A stretch of 64,000 nt of DNA, taken from assembly GCA_002269645.1 (NCBI GenBank), contig NIVC01003032.1:59934-123933 (forward strand), in the 5' to 3' direction. The notes beneath the pieces are model-generated. The model did no database searches, was not told the origin of the DNA, and worked only from the letters and a program-made list of their open reading frames with translations. The stretch is from Macrostomum lignano. Lineage: Eukaryota. Shown here in pieces: positions 13,156 to 26,114 of this stretch. How positions within the stretch are numbered: position 1 is the stretch's first letter; every line of letters begins with the position of its first letter. The position numbers and the translations under genes are program-made.

Positions 13156-13418
13156 GTTACGAGTAACTATGGTAACCATCTTATCCCAAAGAACCTACGC
13201 TTCTACAAGTCAGATCAAAAGTAAATAAAAAACTATGGAACAGTTAATTCCCGCTGACTATATGAACTCACTAAAATTCGAAAAGGAAGATGTCACTTTA
13301 AACACGGAGCTTTCATTGAAATTCAACAAATTCTGCCTTCTGCGGTGAAGCAAGTTAAAAGTAGAAGAAAATTATGGGAAAAAATAGAATTTTTGGTGCA
13401 ATTTTTTTGTGCTTTTAT

Positions 13419-16400
13419 TCACTGCTGCTGCTGCTGATGGTGCCTCCCGTCCGGTGCCTGCTGGGCCTGCAAAGCAAGGCCGCGATGAGGTCGGGGTCTC
13501 CCGGAGCTGGGTAAATACACTGACGCCTTGGCTATGGGCTGCTGGCCGCCTGAACCTCCCTGCAGTTTGTAGGGTAGATTGTGCAGTAGTTTGTGGTGTA
13601 GATTGTGCAGTAGTTTGTGGTTTAGATTATGCAGTAGTTTGTGGTGTTGATTGTGCAGTAGTTTGTGGTGTAGATTGTGCGGTAGTTTGTGGTGTTGATT
13701 GTGCAGTAGTTTGTGGTGTAGATTATGCAGTAGTTTGTGGTGTAGATTATGCAGTAGTTTGTGGTGTAGATTGTGCAGTAGTTTGTGCTGTATATTGTGC
13801 TGTAGTTTGTAGGGTAGACTGCAGTAGTTTGTGCGACAGATTGTGCAGTAGTTTGTAGGGTAGATTGTGCAGTAGTTTTTGCGACCGATTGTGCAGTAGC
13901 TTGTTGTGCAGTAGTTTGTGGGGTAGATTTGAAATATTTTTTGAGATAGATTGTGAAGTAGTTTGCTTGGTAGCTCATAGAGTTGTGTTTTTCTACGGTA
14001 GATTGTGCAGTATTTTTATGGTAGATTTAGCGGTTATATATTTTATTGTTTTGCAGTTTTTATGATTGTTTCTGTGATTATAGTTTTGGTGCAGTAGATT
14101 TTTTAGCATTTTACTAAAGCTAAGGTAGATGCATGGCAGATTTTAAGTAGTTTGTTGATTATGCGAGGCTTGCATTCTTCAGGCTAAATTTTATTGTGAG
14201 CGAAGGCGCTCTGCACTCACGAGCTGCTGTGGCGAGGCAGTCCTAGGCGAGTTTTCAGCCGATGCGTTTCCGAAACCGACCGGCGGCGGGATGAAGCCTC
14301 CAGCTGCCACCAGGGACGCCGCGTCCGCAGCTGTTGATGCCGACATTCGACCGGACACCGCCGAGCGCGGAGTGACGGGCGGCGGAAGGTCGGAGGGCCG
14401 CTGGTAGCCCTGCCAGCCACCGATCACGGCCGGGCTCAGGTGCTGCGGACTGCGGGTCGGCGGGGGCTTTGGTAGGGGATTCTTGGCCGGGGATTCTCCT
14501 GGAAGGAGATTCTGGAGGGGATTCTCCTGGAGGGTATTCTCATGGAGTGGATTCTCCTGGATGGAGGGGATTCTCCTGGAGGGGATTCTCATGGAGGAGA
14601 TTCTCCTGAAGGGGATTCTCCTGGAGGAGATTCTAGAGGGGATTCTCCTGGAGGAGATTCTGGAGGAGATTCTCCTGAAGGGGATTCTCCTGGAGGAGAT
14701 TCTAGAGGGGATTCTCCTGGAGGAGATTCTGGAGGAGATTCTCCTGAAGGAGATTCTCCTGGAGGAGATTCTAGAGGGGATTCTCCTGGAGGAGATTCTG
14801 GAGGAGATTCTCCTGAAGGGGATTCTCCTGGAGGAGATTCTAGAGGGGATTCTCCTGGAGGAGATTCTGGAGGGGATTCTCTTGGAGGGGATTCTCCTCG
14901 AGGAGGTTCTTCTGGAGGAGATTCTCCTGGAGGTGGTTCTCCTGAAAAGAATTCTCTTGAGAGGTAATTTTCGGTTGGGGAATTTCCCAGAAGAAAATCC
15001 GTTATAGGGGATTGTCAGTTTGAGATTCTCCTAGAGAGGATACTCGGATGGAGATTCTTTTAGAGGGGATGCTCAGGTAGGACTGAGATAAGGAATTTTT
15101 TGGAGTTCTTGGGAATTAATTCTTTGATAAAGTTTTCTCGCTTGATTTCCTGCTTTATTAAAAATATTACAGATAATAGTAAAATATAGCTTACGGTTGC
15201 AGAGGTTGCAGAGGCGCCGTTGAGCTGGAAAAGCCGTTCTGACCCGGACTGCTGGACAAAGCCGTGGGCAGAGAGGGAGAAGGCGATTGCTGGCGACCTC
15301 CGCTGCCTCCACTGCCGCCTCGCTTGCCTTTTGCTTTTTTCTTCTTCCGAGTTGGCGCCAATGCAGACGGTGGCAGCTGCTGCGCCTGAAGCTGCTGGGG
15401 CGGCGGCAGATGCGGCGGCGTCGGCTCCGTGTGCAGCTGGTGACGCAAAACTGCGGCGCCTCCGCCACCTGAATAATTCAGCGGCATCAGCTGCGGCGGC
15501 GGGCCGATGAGACGCTGCTTGTCCGGGGGAATTCGCGGAGCTGCATGGAGAGCCGGTTTTTATTAAAGGTGTGAGGGGTTGGCTGGGTGAGGGGTTGGCT
15601 GGGTGAGGGGTTGTCTGTGTGAGGGGTTGGCTGGGTGAGGGGTTGGCTGGGTGAGGGGTTGGCTGGGTGAGGGGTTGGCTGTGTGAGGGGTTGGCTGGGT
15701 GAGGGGCTGGCTGGGTGAGGGTTGGCTGGGTGAGGGGCTGGCTGGGTGAGGGGTTGGCTGGGTGAGGGTTGGCTGGGTGAGGGGTTGGCTGGGTGAGGGG
15801 TTGGCTGGGTGAGGGGCTGGCTGGGTGAGGGGCTGGCTGGGTGAGGGGTTGGCTGGGTGAGGGGCTGGCTGTGTGAGGGGTTGGCTGGGTGAGGGGTTGG
15901 CTGGGTGAGGGGTTGGCTGGGTGAGGGGTTGGCTGGGTGAGGGGTTGGCTGGGTGAGGGGTTGGCTGGGTGAGGGGTTGGCTGGGTGAGGGGTTGGCTGG
16001 GTGAGGGGTTGGCTGGGTGAGGGGTTGGCTGGGTGAGGGGTTGGTTGGGTGAGGGGTTGGCTGGATGAGGGGCTGGCTGAGTGAAGGGTTGGCTGGGTGA
16101 GGGGCTGGCTGGGTGAGGGGCTGGCTGGGTGAGGGGCTGGCTTGGTGAGGGGTTGGCTGGGTGAGGGGTTGGCTGGGTGAGGGGTTGGCTGGGTGAGGGG
16201 TTGGCTGGGTGAGGGGTTGGCTGGGTGAGGGGTTGGCTGGGTGATAGATTTGACAGGTTTATCAGTTTTTTACTGAATTAGCCATTAATAGTGATAAAGA
16301 AGCAAAAAATGGCGTGGAACTAACGATGACCTCCAGCAATGGAATCTCCGTCGCTGCCAAACTGCGCAGGAGGCGGTGGTGCCGGCGCTGGCAGCTGCGA

Positions 16401-19400
16401 TGACAACGTCACCGGTGGCTGTTGCTGCGAGGCTTCTGAAGCTGCGTAGCCGCCTCCAGCCGCCGCGACGGCATCCACCGAGCCGTTGTTTTCAGCCATC
16501 TGGCGCTGCAGTTTGTAGGGCGGCTGCGACCGCGTCAGCCGACGATCGGGATGGGGTGGCTGCTGCGGAGACTGCGGAGTTTGCGGCGTCTGCGGCGTTC
16601 GGCTCCTCGGCGAAGCCGTCGGCCGCGGGCCGCCCCTGGCCGCAGTTGGCCGCCTGGACTCTTGAGCCACCGATGATGCCGCGTTGAAATCTTCGCTGTC
16701 CATCGTGCGATAGGACTCGAGCAGCTGCAGCTGCTGCTGCTGGGGCTGGCGATGCTGCTGGGACGGGTCCGGCTCGCGGCGCTCGAATCCGTTTTCTGCG
16801 TCACAGGCGTCTGCCGAGTCTTGATGGCCCTCCCGCTGCTCCTCCTGCTGCTGCTGAACTGGTGCCACGACGCCTCTGAGACGGCGCCGGGTAGACGAAG
16901 ACGGCGACTTTGACCGGCTGGAGGGGGGTGTCGCTGGTGGCCTGGGCTGAATGTCCTGCGGGAGTGACAGAGTGACACATTGGCTGAGTGACACATTGGC
17001 TGAGTGACACATTGGCTGAGTGACACATTGGCTGAGTGACACATTGGCTGAGTGACACACTGGCTGAGTGACACATTGGCTGAGTGACACATTGGCTGAG
17101 TGACACATTGGCTGAGTGACACATTGGCTGAGTGACACATTGGCTGAGTGACACATTGGCTGAGTGACACATTGGCTGAGTGACACATTGGCTGAGTGAC
17201 ACATTGATAAAGTGGGACCTGAACTAAATGAAATTCAGATTAATTCATTCACTCGTAACTGAATGCTCTCATGCTTATAAAAACACTTAAATTTGTTGTT
17301 AGGGTGGTTATAAACGTTATAAAAGTAAAAGGCTAGCTATAAATTAACAAAAAAACAAATCTTTATGAGCATTATGAGCAGTTTGTCTCACTGCCGGGTC
17401 GTTCGTGTCAGCTGAGAGTCTTCGGTCTCCCAGTTGTGCCGGCTGCTCACCGCCAGATTCGTAGCAGGAGGCGTCCAGCGAGACGGTCCTGGTGGAGCAG
17501 TGCAGCATCGGCGGCCTTCTGCTGGCGCCACCTTCAGCCAGCTGTGCGGCCTGAGTCCCCTGATCCGCTTGTTCTTCATCAGAACCGTCATCCTCTTCAT
17601 CATTGCTTGAGCAGCTGCTTTCGTTCCGTTGTTGCTGCTGTGGCTGTTGCTGGGGTTGAGTTTGAAGCGTGTTAGAGCTGTGTGTTAGAGCTGTTAGCTG
17701 CGCTTGTCAACTACTGTTAGGGTTGGGGTTGGGGTTAGGGTTGTTTATGGTTAGGGTTAGGGTTAGGGTTAGGGTTAGTGTTAGTGTTAATGCTACAGTG
17801 GCATTTGGGTTGCGCTACTAATGAAAAGTGCATGTACTACTGTACTCGTAAGTACCAAATTGACAGACGCTCGCATCTGATCCTGCAGCGAGTTCTGGCT
17901 GGCCAGTTCGAGGTCCTTGCACCGCTGCCTGTAGTGGCTGGCCAGGATCAGCTTGCAGTAGTTCAGCTGCCGCTGCTTGGCGTAGTCCCACGGGGTGGCG
18001 TGGTCCCGGTCCCGCGCCTCCATGTCGGCTGCGGAGCGGTTCGGGAGACTGATGGAGTGACAGACTGATGGAGTGACAGGCTGATGGAGTGACAGGCTGA
18101 TGGAGTGACAGACTGATGGAGTGACAGGCTGATGTAGTGACAGGCTGATTGAGTGACAGGCTGATGGAGTGACAGACTGGTGGAGTGACAGACTGATGGA
18201 GTGACAGACTGATGGAGTGACAGGCTGATGGAGTGGCAGGATGATGGAGTGACAGGCTGATGGAGTGACAGACTGATGAAGTGACAGACTGATGGAGTGA
18301 CAGACTGGTGGAGTGACAGGCTGATGAAGTGACAGGCTGATAGAGTGACAGGCTGATGGAGTGACAGGCTAATTGGGTGACAGGCTGATAGAGTGACAGG
18401 CTGATGGAGTGACAGACTGATTGAGTGACAGGCTGATGGAGTGACAGGCTGATAGAGTGACAGGCTGATGGAGTGACAGGCTTATAGAGTGACAGGCTGA
18501 TGGAGTGACAGGCTGATGGAGTGACAGGCTGATTGGGTGACAGACTGATGAAGTGACAGGCTCCGAACTCACCACCCTGGTCCAGCAGGAAGTTGAGCAC
18601 TTCGCCGTGGCCACCGATAGTGGCGAGGTGAACAGCGGACCGGCTGTCCTGGTCGCGGTAGTCAATGATGGACTTGCCGCCCACCTCCATGATGATCTTG
18701 CAGGCCGGGAGCGACCCTGCAAGCGGTTGGTTTGGTTCCGTGAAAAATACGAGCCAATTCGCTTGCTTGCTCGTATTGCTTGCATTCGGTGTCTTCTAAA
18801 AGAAAGTGTTTCTTCGAAACAGAAACAGATTCCTCACCCTGCTCAGCGGCCACCATCAAGACGTTTTTTCCGCTCATGTCTGTCACGACCGCGTTTTCCT
18901 CCGTGATGAGGGTCTGCAATTGAGATGAGCTGCGTTAGCAAGAATTCTCCCAGAATCTCCACTGAGATTTCCCCTGGGACCCCATGGAATTCCCCTCAGA
19001 ATTCCCCACTGACAATGTTGCTCTAAAAGATTTCTGAAGAAAATCGATATTGATATTGAGCTGACCCTCAGGCACTCCAGCGGTTCCTGGCGCCTGACGG
19101 CCCAGTGCAGGAAGGTCCAGCCGGAGGCGTCCCGCTCCATGCCGTCGGCGAATTCGTTGACTTGGACCAGCCGGCTGAGGATGGCGAAGTGGTCGATGTT
19201 GTCGAGACGGCAGGCCCACATGGACGGCGTGGTCAGGTCTCTGTCCCGGACGCTGGGGTTGGCCCGGCTCTTCAACAGGATCTGCGGGGTGCGGCGATTC
19301 TCAGGATGAGACGATTCTCAGGGTGAGACTATTCTCAGGGTGAGACGATTCTCAGGGTGAGACGATTCTCCGGGTGAGACGGTTCTCGAGAGGAGATGAT

Positions 19401-22400
19401 TCTCAGGGTGAGACGATTCTCGAGAGGAGATGATTCTCAGGGTGAGACGATTCTCAGGGTGAGACGATTCTCAGGATGAGACGATTCTCAGGGTGAGACG
19501 ATTCTCAGGGTGAGACGATTCTCAGGATGAGACGATTCTCAGGGTGAGACGGTTCTCAGGGTGAGACGATTCTCAGGATGAGACGATTCTCCGGGTGAGA
19601 CGGTTCTCGAGAGGAGATGATTCTCAGGGTGAGACGATTCTCGAGAGGAGATGATTCTCAGGGTGAGACGATTCTCAGGGTGAGACGATTCTCAGGATGA
19701 GACGATTCTCAGGGTGAGACGATTCTCTGGGTGAGACGATTCTCAGGGTGAGACGATTCTCAGGATGAGACGATTCTCAGGATGAGACGATTCTCCGGGT
19801 GAGACGGTTCTCGAGAGGAGATGATTCTCAGGGTGAGACGATTCTCAGGGTGAGACGATTCTCCGGGTGAGACGGTTCTCGAGAGGAGACGATTCTCAGG
19901 GTGGGACGATTCTCAGGGTGAGACGATTCTCAGGGTGAGACGATTCTCAGGGTGAGACGATTCTCAGGGTGAGTTGATTCTTAGGATAAGACGATTCTCA
20001 GGATGAGACGATTCTCAGGATGAGACGATTCTCAGGATGAGACGATTCTCAGGATGAGACGATTCTCAGGATGAGACGATTCTCAAGATTAGATGATTCT
20101 CAGGGTGAGACGATTCTCAGGGTGAGACGATTCTCAGGGTGAGACGATTCTCAGGGTGAGACGATTCTCAGGGTGAGACGATTCTCAGGGTGAGACGATT
20201 CTCAGGATGAGACGATTCTTAGGATAAGACAATTCTCAGGATGAGACGATTCTCAAGATTAGATGATTCTTCGGGTGAGACGATTCTCAGGATGAAACGA
20301 TTCTCAGGATGAGACGATTCTCAGGATGAGACGATTCTCAGGATGAGACGATTCTTAGGGTGAGACGATTCTCTGGGTGAGACGATTCTCCGGGTGAGAC
20401 GGTTCTCGAGAGGAGACGATTCTCAGGGTGGGACGATTCTCAGGATGAGACGATTCTCAGGATGAGACGATTCTCAGGATGAGACGATTCTCAGGATGAG
20501 ACAATTCTCAGGATGAGACGATTCGAACCTTACCTTCAGACACTCTGTGGTGTGCGTGGTGACGGCCCAATGCAGCGGTGCGCGCCCCATGCTGTCCTGA
20601 CAGTCAACACTTGCCCTATGATTGACAAGCAGCTCGGTGAAATTCCACAGGCCTTTGTGAACGGCCAGGTGCAACGCTGTTGACTGATCTGGAAATATTG
20701 GATTCGAAGTTTACAGCTGCAAATCAGAGTGTCAAAGTCTGAGTCGAAGTCAAATAGGGCTCAACTATTCGACAGATGGTGTAAACTTTTGGGACACCCG
20801 AAAGAAGGAAGCTGAGGACATCACTAGTCTATACGTAGTCTTAGGTATAGTCTCGCCTCAAACTGCACAGGCGCGCTTATGCAGCACACCCTACTGAACA
20901 AGCTGAGCTTTCAGTAGAGAAGCAAGAAAATTCAAAGAATTTTTAGCGGTGCAATGCAAAAAACTGGAGTAAAATAAAATGCGAAACAGACCGTGCGCGA
21001 CAGAGTTGACATCGGCACCGTGGCGGAGCAGCCAATCCGCGGTGTCGAACTGCTCGAACTGCACGGCGTACATCAGCAGGCCGCGGCCCATGCCGTCGCA
21101 CTCGTCCAGGCAGGCCGGGTCTGCCACGGAAAGGAGAGAGAAGGGAGAGAGAGAGAGTGAGAGAGAGAGCTCGAGAACAATGGCAGCTCGGTGGCAGCAA
21201 ATGGACTTGGCAATTTAGAGAAAAGAAGAGAAGTGACAGAAGGGTGACGAGAGGTGCGCGCACCCGATATTTGTATGATGCATGCCTGTCCCCCGCATAC
21301 CCGCTGCCAAACCCAGTGGCTTGTGCAAACAATTGAATCAAGAGCAGTGTGAGAGAGAGAGGCAGTGAGTGTGGCAGAGCAGAGCCAGACCCGACCGTTT
21401 TTTTAAGACTTTTATGCAGTCATTTTTCTCTCATTTCTGATTCCGCTCCGTCACCCCACCCTCGCATATATGCGGCTGCCTGCTGCCTATTATTGGCGAG
21501 TCAAAGGCGCTCTCAGTGTGGCGGCCCCATGCTGAGCTTTTCATTGCTTTCCCGCATGCTGTAGGCCCCGTGTCTGGTTAATAGGCAGCTGCTTATTAGA
21601 TATGAATCTGGGCTGCACTCAGGTGTGAACTGCATTAATGCGTTATTCCTAGAAATTGATGAAATATTGCAGTTTACACCTGCACCAGTCCAACCAGTCC
21701 AACCGGTATCTAACCAGCACCTATGGGTGTCCAACCAGTATCTAAACAGCACCTATGGGTGTCCAACCGGTATCTAACCAGCACCTATGGGTGTCCAACC
21801 GATATCTAAACAGCACCTATGGGTGTCCAACCGGTAGCTAAACAGCACCTATGGGTGTCCAACCGGTAGCTAAACAGCACCTATGGGTGTCCAACCGGTA
21901 TCTAAACAACACCTATGGGTGTCCAACCGGTATCTAAACAGCACCTATGGGTGTCCAACCGGTATCTAAACAGCACACCTAACAGAGCTTTGCAGCAACC
22001 CACGGCACCGCATAATCCAACAAACTCTAGAAATATTCGCTCTGGCCTTAGCTGTCGCCATTGAGTACTTCTAACAATGCATTTATCTGTACTCAACAGC
22101 ATATTATGCCCCAAAAATTACAACTCCGCCAATCAACTTTGAGTGGCGGACTCAAGACTTCTAGGGCGCATTTGTTTTTACTAAAATCGAAAAATGGTAA
22201 AGATCTCTGCCAAAACACCCAGTGTTTTGTCTCCCACCCCTGACCCGCCTTTGGTATCCCACCCCTGGTAGCCCCTGGTCTCCCGACCCTGGTCTCCCGA
22301 CCCTGGTCTCCCGACCCTGGTCTCCCGACCCTGGTCTCCCGACCCTGGTCTCCCGACCCTGGTCTCCCGACCCTGGTCTCCCGACCCTGGTCTCCCGACC

Positions 22401-23327
22401 CTGGTCTCCCGACCCTGGTCTCCCGACCCTGGTCTCCCGACCCTGGTCTCCCGACCCTGGTCTCCCGACCCTGGTCTCCCGACCCTGGTCTCCCGACCCT
22501 GGTCTCCCGACCCTGGTCTCCCGACCCTGGTCTCCCGACCCTGGTCTCCCGACCCTGGTCTCCCGACCCTGGTCTCCCGACCCTGGTCTCCCGACCCTGG
22601 TCTCCCGACCCTGGTCTCCCGACCCTGGTCTCCCGACCCTGGTCTCCCGACCCTGGTCTCCCGACCCTGGTCTCCCGACCCTGGTCTCCCGACCCTGGTC
22701 TCCCGACCCTGGTCTCCCGACCCTGGTCTCCCGACCCTGGTCTCCCTCCCTGGTCTCCCGACCCTGGTCTCCGCCCCTGGTCTCCCGACCCTGGTCTCCC
22801 GACCCTGGTCTCCCGCCCTGGTCTCCCGACCCTGGTCTCCGCCCCTGGTCTCCCGACCCTGGTATCCCGCCCCTGGTCTCCGCCCCTGGTCTCCCGCCCC
22901 TGGTCTCCCGCCCCTGGTCTCTGCCCCTGGTCTCCGCCCCTGGTCTCCGTACTGTTGCTGTGCAGAGCTTTCAGAGTCTCCAAGTCGCCAGTTTTGCTGG
23001 CGCTGAGTGCCAGAGACATGCCCAGAGGCAAGCCAGGCTCCTGAGACCGCAGCAGGCTCATCCTCCGGCCTTCGAGGTCCTGCCAGCGCCACTCGAATCG
23101 TTCCGGCCGTTCCACGGGCGGCGTCATTGGCGACAGTCCCCGCAGAGACGAGTTGCTTAGCGACGCGTTGTCTTTGTCCCGGTTTTCTAAGCGGCGACGC
23201 AGGTACCGATAGTACTTCTGCATGTGCAGCAAAGCCAAGTTCAGGGCGTCGCGGACTTCGGCGCATTCCGGTGTAGAGTCGAGTTTCAACAGAAACTGAT
23301 GGATGTAAGCAGATGTTTTCTGAAAGT
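13419..23327 (-). CDS. Ankyrin-repeat protein (inversin/ANKRD55-like repeats) with long low-complexity C-terminus; exons 22953..23327, 20992..21120, 20534..20688, 19066..19281, 18838..18913, 18573..18716, 17856..18028, 17392..17649, 16331..16955, 15195..15540, 14221..14449, 13419..13559; 5' end not resolved
   Basis: All 11 GT-AG junctions keep the frame. Ankyrin motifs: GRGLLMYAV, STALHLAV, GRAPLHWAV, GWTFLHWAV, GKNVLMVAA, SRSAVHLAT, ATPWDYA. The terminal exon ends QQQQQ-stop, overlapping AATAAA. Confidence 0.85.
13560..13990. repeat. 24-bp intronic minisatellite (GATTGTGCAGTAGTTTGTGGTGTA)n
   Basis: Tandem units start at the splice acceptor of the last ankyrin exon. Confidence 0.92.
14478..15070. 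repeat. ~15-bp intronic satellite (GGATTCTCCTGGAGG)n with higher-order variants
   Basis: Direct reading. Confidence 0.92.
15570..16245. repeat. 16-bp G-rich intronic minisatellite (GAGGGGTTGGCTGGGT)n
   Basis: About 42 tandem units. Confidence 0.96.
16962..17206. repeat. 16-bp intronic minisatellite (GAGTGACACATTGGCT)n
   Basis: About 15 nearly identical units. Confidence 0.96.
17716..17790 (+). repeat. Short interstitial telomere-like (TTAGGG)n tract in an intron
   Basis: GGTTAGGGTTAGGGTTAGGGTTAGGGTTAG core flanked by TTGGGG/TTAGTG variants. Confidence 0.7.
18045..18560. repeat. 17-bp intronic minisatellite (GGCTGATGGAGTGACAG)n
   Basis: About 30 tandem units. Confidence 0.95.
19295..20525. 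repeat. 17-bp intronic minisatellite (TGAGACGATTCTCAGGG)n
   Basis: About 70 units; each contains the inverted repeat TGAGA-CGAT-TCTCA. Confidence 0.96.
21690..21975. repeat. 32-bp minisatellite (GGTATCTAAACAGCACCTATGGGTGTCCAACC)n
   Basis: About 8 units. Confidence 0.93.
22262..22948. repeat. 16-bp intronic minisatellite (CCCTGGTCTCCCGA-CC type)n
   Basis: Tandem CCGACCCTGGTCTC units run up to the donor site at 22952. Confidence 0.95.
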
Positions 23328-25174
23328 CTGAAAAGGTAACCGTGTATTTTAGGGTGAATTATTTGAATTATTAGATACGCTTTAGCCAATTTTGAGAGTT
23401 ATGGCTCAAAAGCTCAGTAGCCATTTTGAGAGTTGGTATGAAAATAAAACACGACAAAACAAACGATTCGTTGCTAAAACTATTTTATATTCATAGCATT
23501 ATCAAAAACTTTGTGTAATTTTTATTCTTTTATAATTTACACTCTAATCATTTTAAAGTTTTTCCCTATTCTCTGGTAATTACTGACAAAGGCCTTGAGG
23601 CGCCTTATAAGCCGACTAATCTACCAACCAATTAAATTTGAGTATAATGGTCACAAACATAAAGGCCATATATTTGTCCGCAAGTCCTTTAATTTGTAGG
23701 GCTATGCAGAAAAATACACCAAAATGTTGCTCACATAGGGGAAAAAGTTGACGCAGGAAATTATTATCCACGACCACTTTACACTTACCTTTTCTTTTCA
23801 CTGCCATAGTAAGCCGTGAGCGTTTTACTGTGTGAAATAACCTGACTCGAATGATGACTTTTTAGCCATCGATAAGGGATGGTGACAAAGTCACCTGAAT
23901 TGCAGTGTCTGTTTTTATCAGTGTCAATATTGTGATAGCGGTGGTAAGATTTTTTTTAAATAATTTTTCAACAGAACTAAAGTTAAAAATTAGGTTTCGT
24001 AAACAACCTAAAGAAACTTCGTTTTTTTAACAAATTTTTATTTAAAACTTTTGCAAACTTGTGTTTATTTATTAAGTTCTAAAGATAGTTTAAAATAATT
24101 ATTTTCATGGCTAACTACGCCACTGTTTTAGTAAAAATAATTTAAAATTCACGTAATAATTCAAAGTGTACATTCAGATCTAGATGTGTCCGGCGTGTAA
24201 AATTCTACTTAATTAGAATTAATTTAATTCGTATATTCGTAGATTGGAGATTTAGTAAATTTGATTGGGCAATGGCCTAAATAATTTTTTGCTTGAGCAA
24301 GAGTACGAAATGCTACTACTAACACCACTAGGCCGTCTAGGGCCAACCCTCCTAGACTTGCTTCTGACTCCGAAAAAATAAAAATAGTAAGAAGAAAAGT
24401 GTTATTCTGGTCGTTGGGGCCAGAGCTACGTGTCTGAAATATTAGTTTTGTGTTTTTAGCAATAAATAATAAAACTAAATAATATTTAATTAGGTGGTAT
24501 GCAAGACAATGACTTAATAAGTCAAGAGAGGTGAAGCACATGTTAACACAATGCCAATGGCTACCAATATCACTGAATGCACTATGTGACATAGCACATT
24601 ATATGCCCTGGTTATTAAAAAATCGCATATTTCTCAGAATGTCTGTTGGCTAGTTTTATACTAGAGGATTCTAACCTTAAATAGACCAATAGGTCAGAAT
24701 TAGTAAGAACTATTATTATTATAGGCCTAGTCATATAAAACTTTGGCCTAGGCCCTAGTCATTGTAAATTACATAGGCCTAGGCCCTAATCAACTTCAAC
24801 TTGCTATATATAAATATATAGAGTCTAGGTTACCTGTATTTCAATTTATTTTTTAGCATTAGAATCTTTATCAAGCAGTGGTATTAAAATAAAAAAACCA
24901 AAATTTCAAAAAAAAATAAAATAACTAGGCTTATTTTATATTAAAAAGAAAATTTCAAAAAAGTATTTTAATTTGTTTTTTATGTTTATATTGGTAAATA
25001 TTACAGTTTAAAATAAATTGTTTTTAATCCCCATTTATAAAAAAAACATTTTTAGCTATGAACCATATAAAATTGTTTATCTATATTTATAGTTTTTTAT
25101 TTCAACTTTATTTACATTGTAGGATTTTTTAACTATAGTAGGCCCTAGTATAGATACAACTACAAAAGGTTACA

Positions 25175-25467
25175 CATGCATGCGCAACAGTCGGGTGAGT
25201 CGGCCGAGTCGGCCAATCCGGCCGACCAATTTGGCGGCCAACCAAGGAAGTCACAAAAATGCCCACCCGAAAAAAGAATATAGTAGTACTAAGTAGCTAC
25301 TAAGTAGCTGATGAGGCATTTTGGCTTAATAAGACAGTCATAGTTACTCCTGCCGTTTACCCAAAGTTGAGTTAATTTAGCTTTAGGGTTTTTTTACATC
25401 TAAGTTGCATTTTTGGCCAAAAACTAAGTCGCATGGCCGACCGAATTTTGGAGGTTGCGCATGTATG
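25175..25467. mobile_element. hAT-type MITE, copy 1
   Basis: TIR CATGCATGCGCAAC...GTTGCGCATGTATG with 8-bp TSD AGGTTACA on both sides. The interior is homologous to 43169-43446. Confidence 0.9.
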
Positions 25468-26114
25468 AGGTTACAGATATGGAAATTTTTAGACAAAGCA
25501 TATAGATATGATTATAATTATATAAACACATTTTCTATCTAGTTCCTATATCTAATAGTACAATTCAACTGAGACTTGAAAGACCATTGGAGCTGTTGAT
25601 TTGATAGGGTTAGAGATGAATGAAAGTTGCCCCTAGCTTTTAATGATGTTAATCTCAATGGCAAAGTGCCTCTATCATTCCCAATTATATAGTAAAAAAG
25701 TAAAGAATGGCAGCAATAATTTAACCTATCACTCATTGACAGTGTCTCATTTATGAATTGTATAGGAAAATAGCTGAGATTGTCTTCATCTTAACTTTAG
25801 CCTCCACCACCATTGAAAATCTCTGTTGCTTGAGTCCCCAACTACAATGAAAGTGAGAACAGTGGATGCATGGGCAATGCTACTGGATATGGCAGACTCT
25901 ACTAACTAACATCTATTATAGACTCCAAGCTGACTTCCCAAGATCCAGTGATCCTTGATCCTTATTTCCATGCTGAATCCCAATTATCCCCTTGTCCCAA
26001 AGAATCGCAAAGTGCAAAATCCTTACTGGATCGCATGCATGCTTTAGGCACAGTGCAGCTGCGGTGTGAAGGAGAACCCACCTGAGTATCGATAATTATC
26101 CAGTCCGCCAGTCC

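Noticed and set aside
14191-14220. Stop at 14191 as the end of the ankyrin gene
   Set aside because: A strong GTGAGT donor at 14220 splices in phase to a further exon (13419-13559) ending in stop plus AATAAA. Read-through to 14191 is still possible as an isoform.
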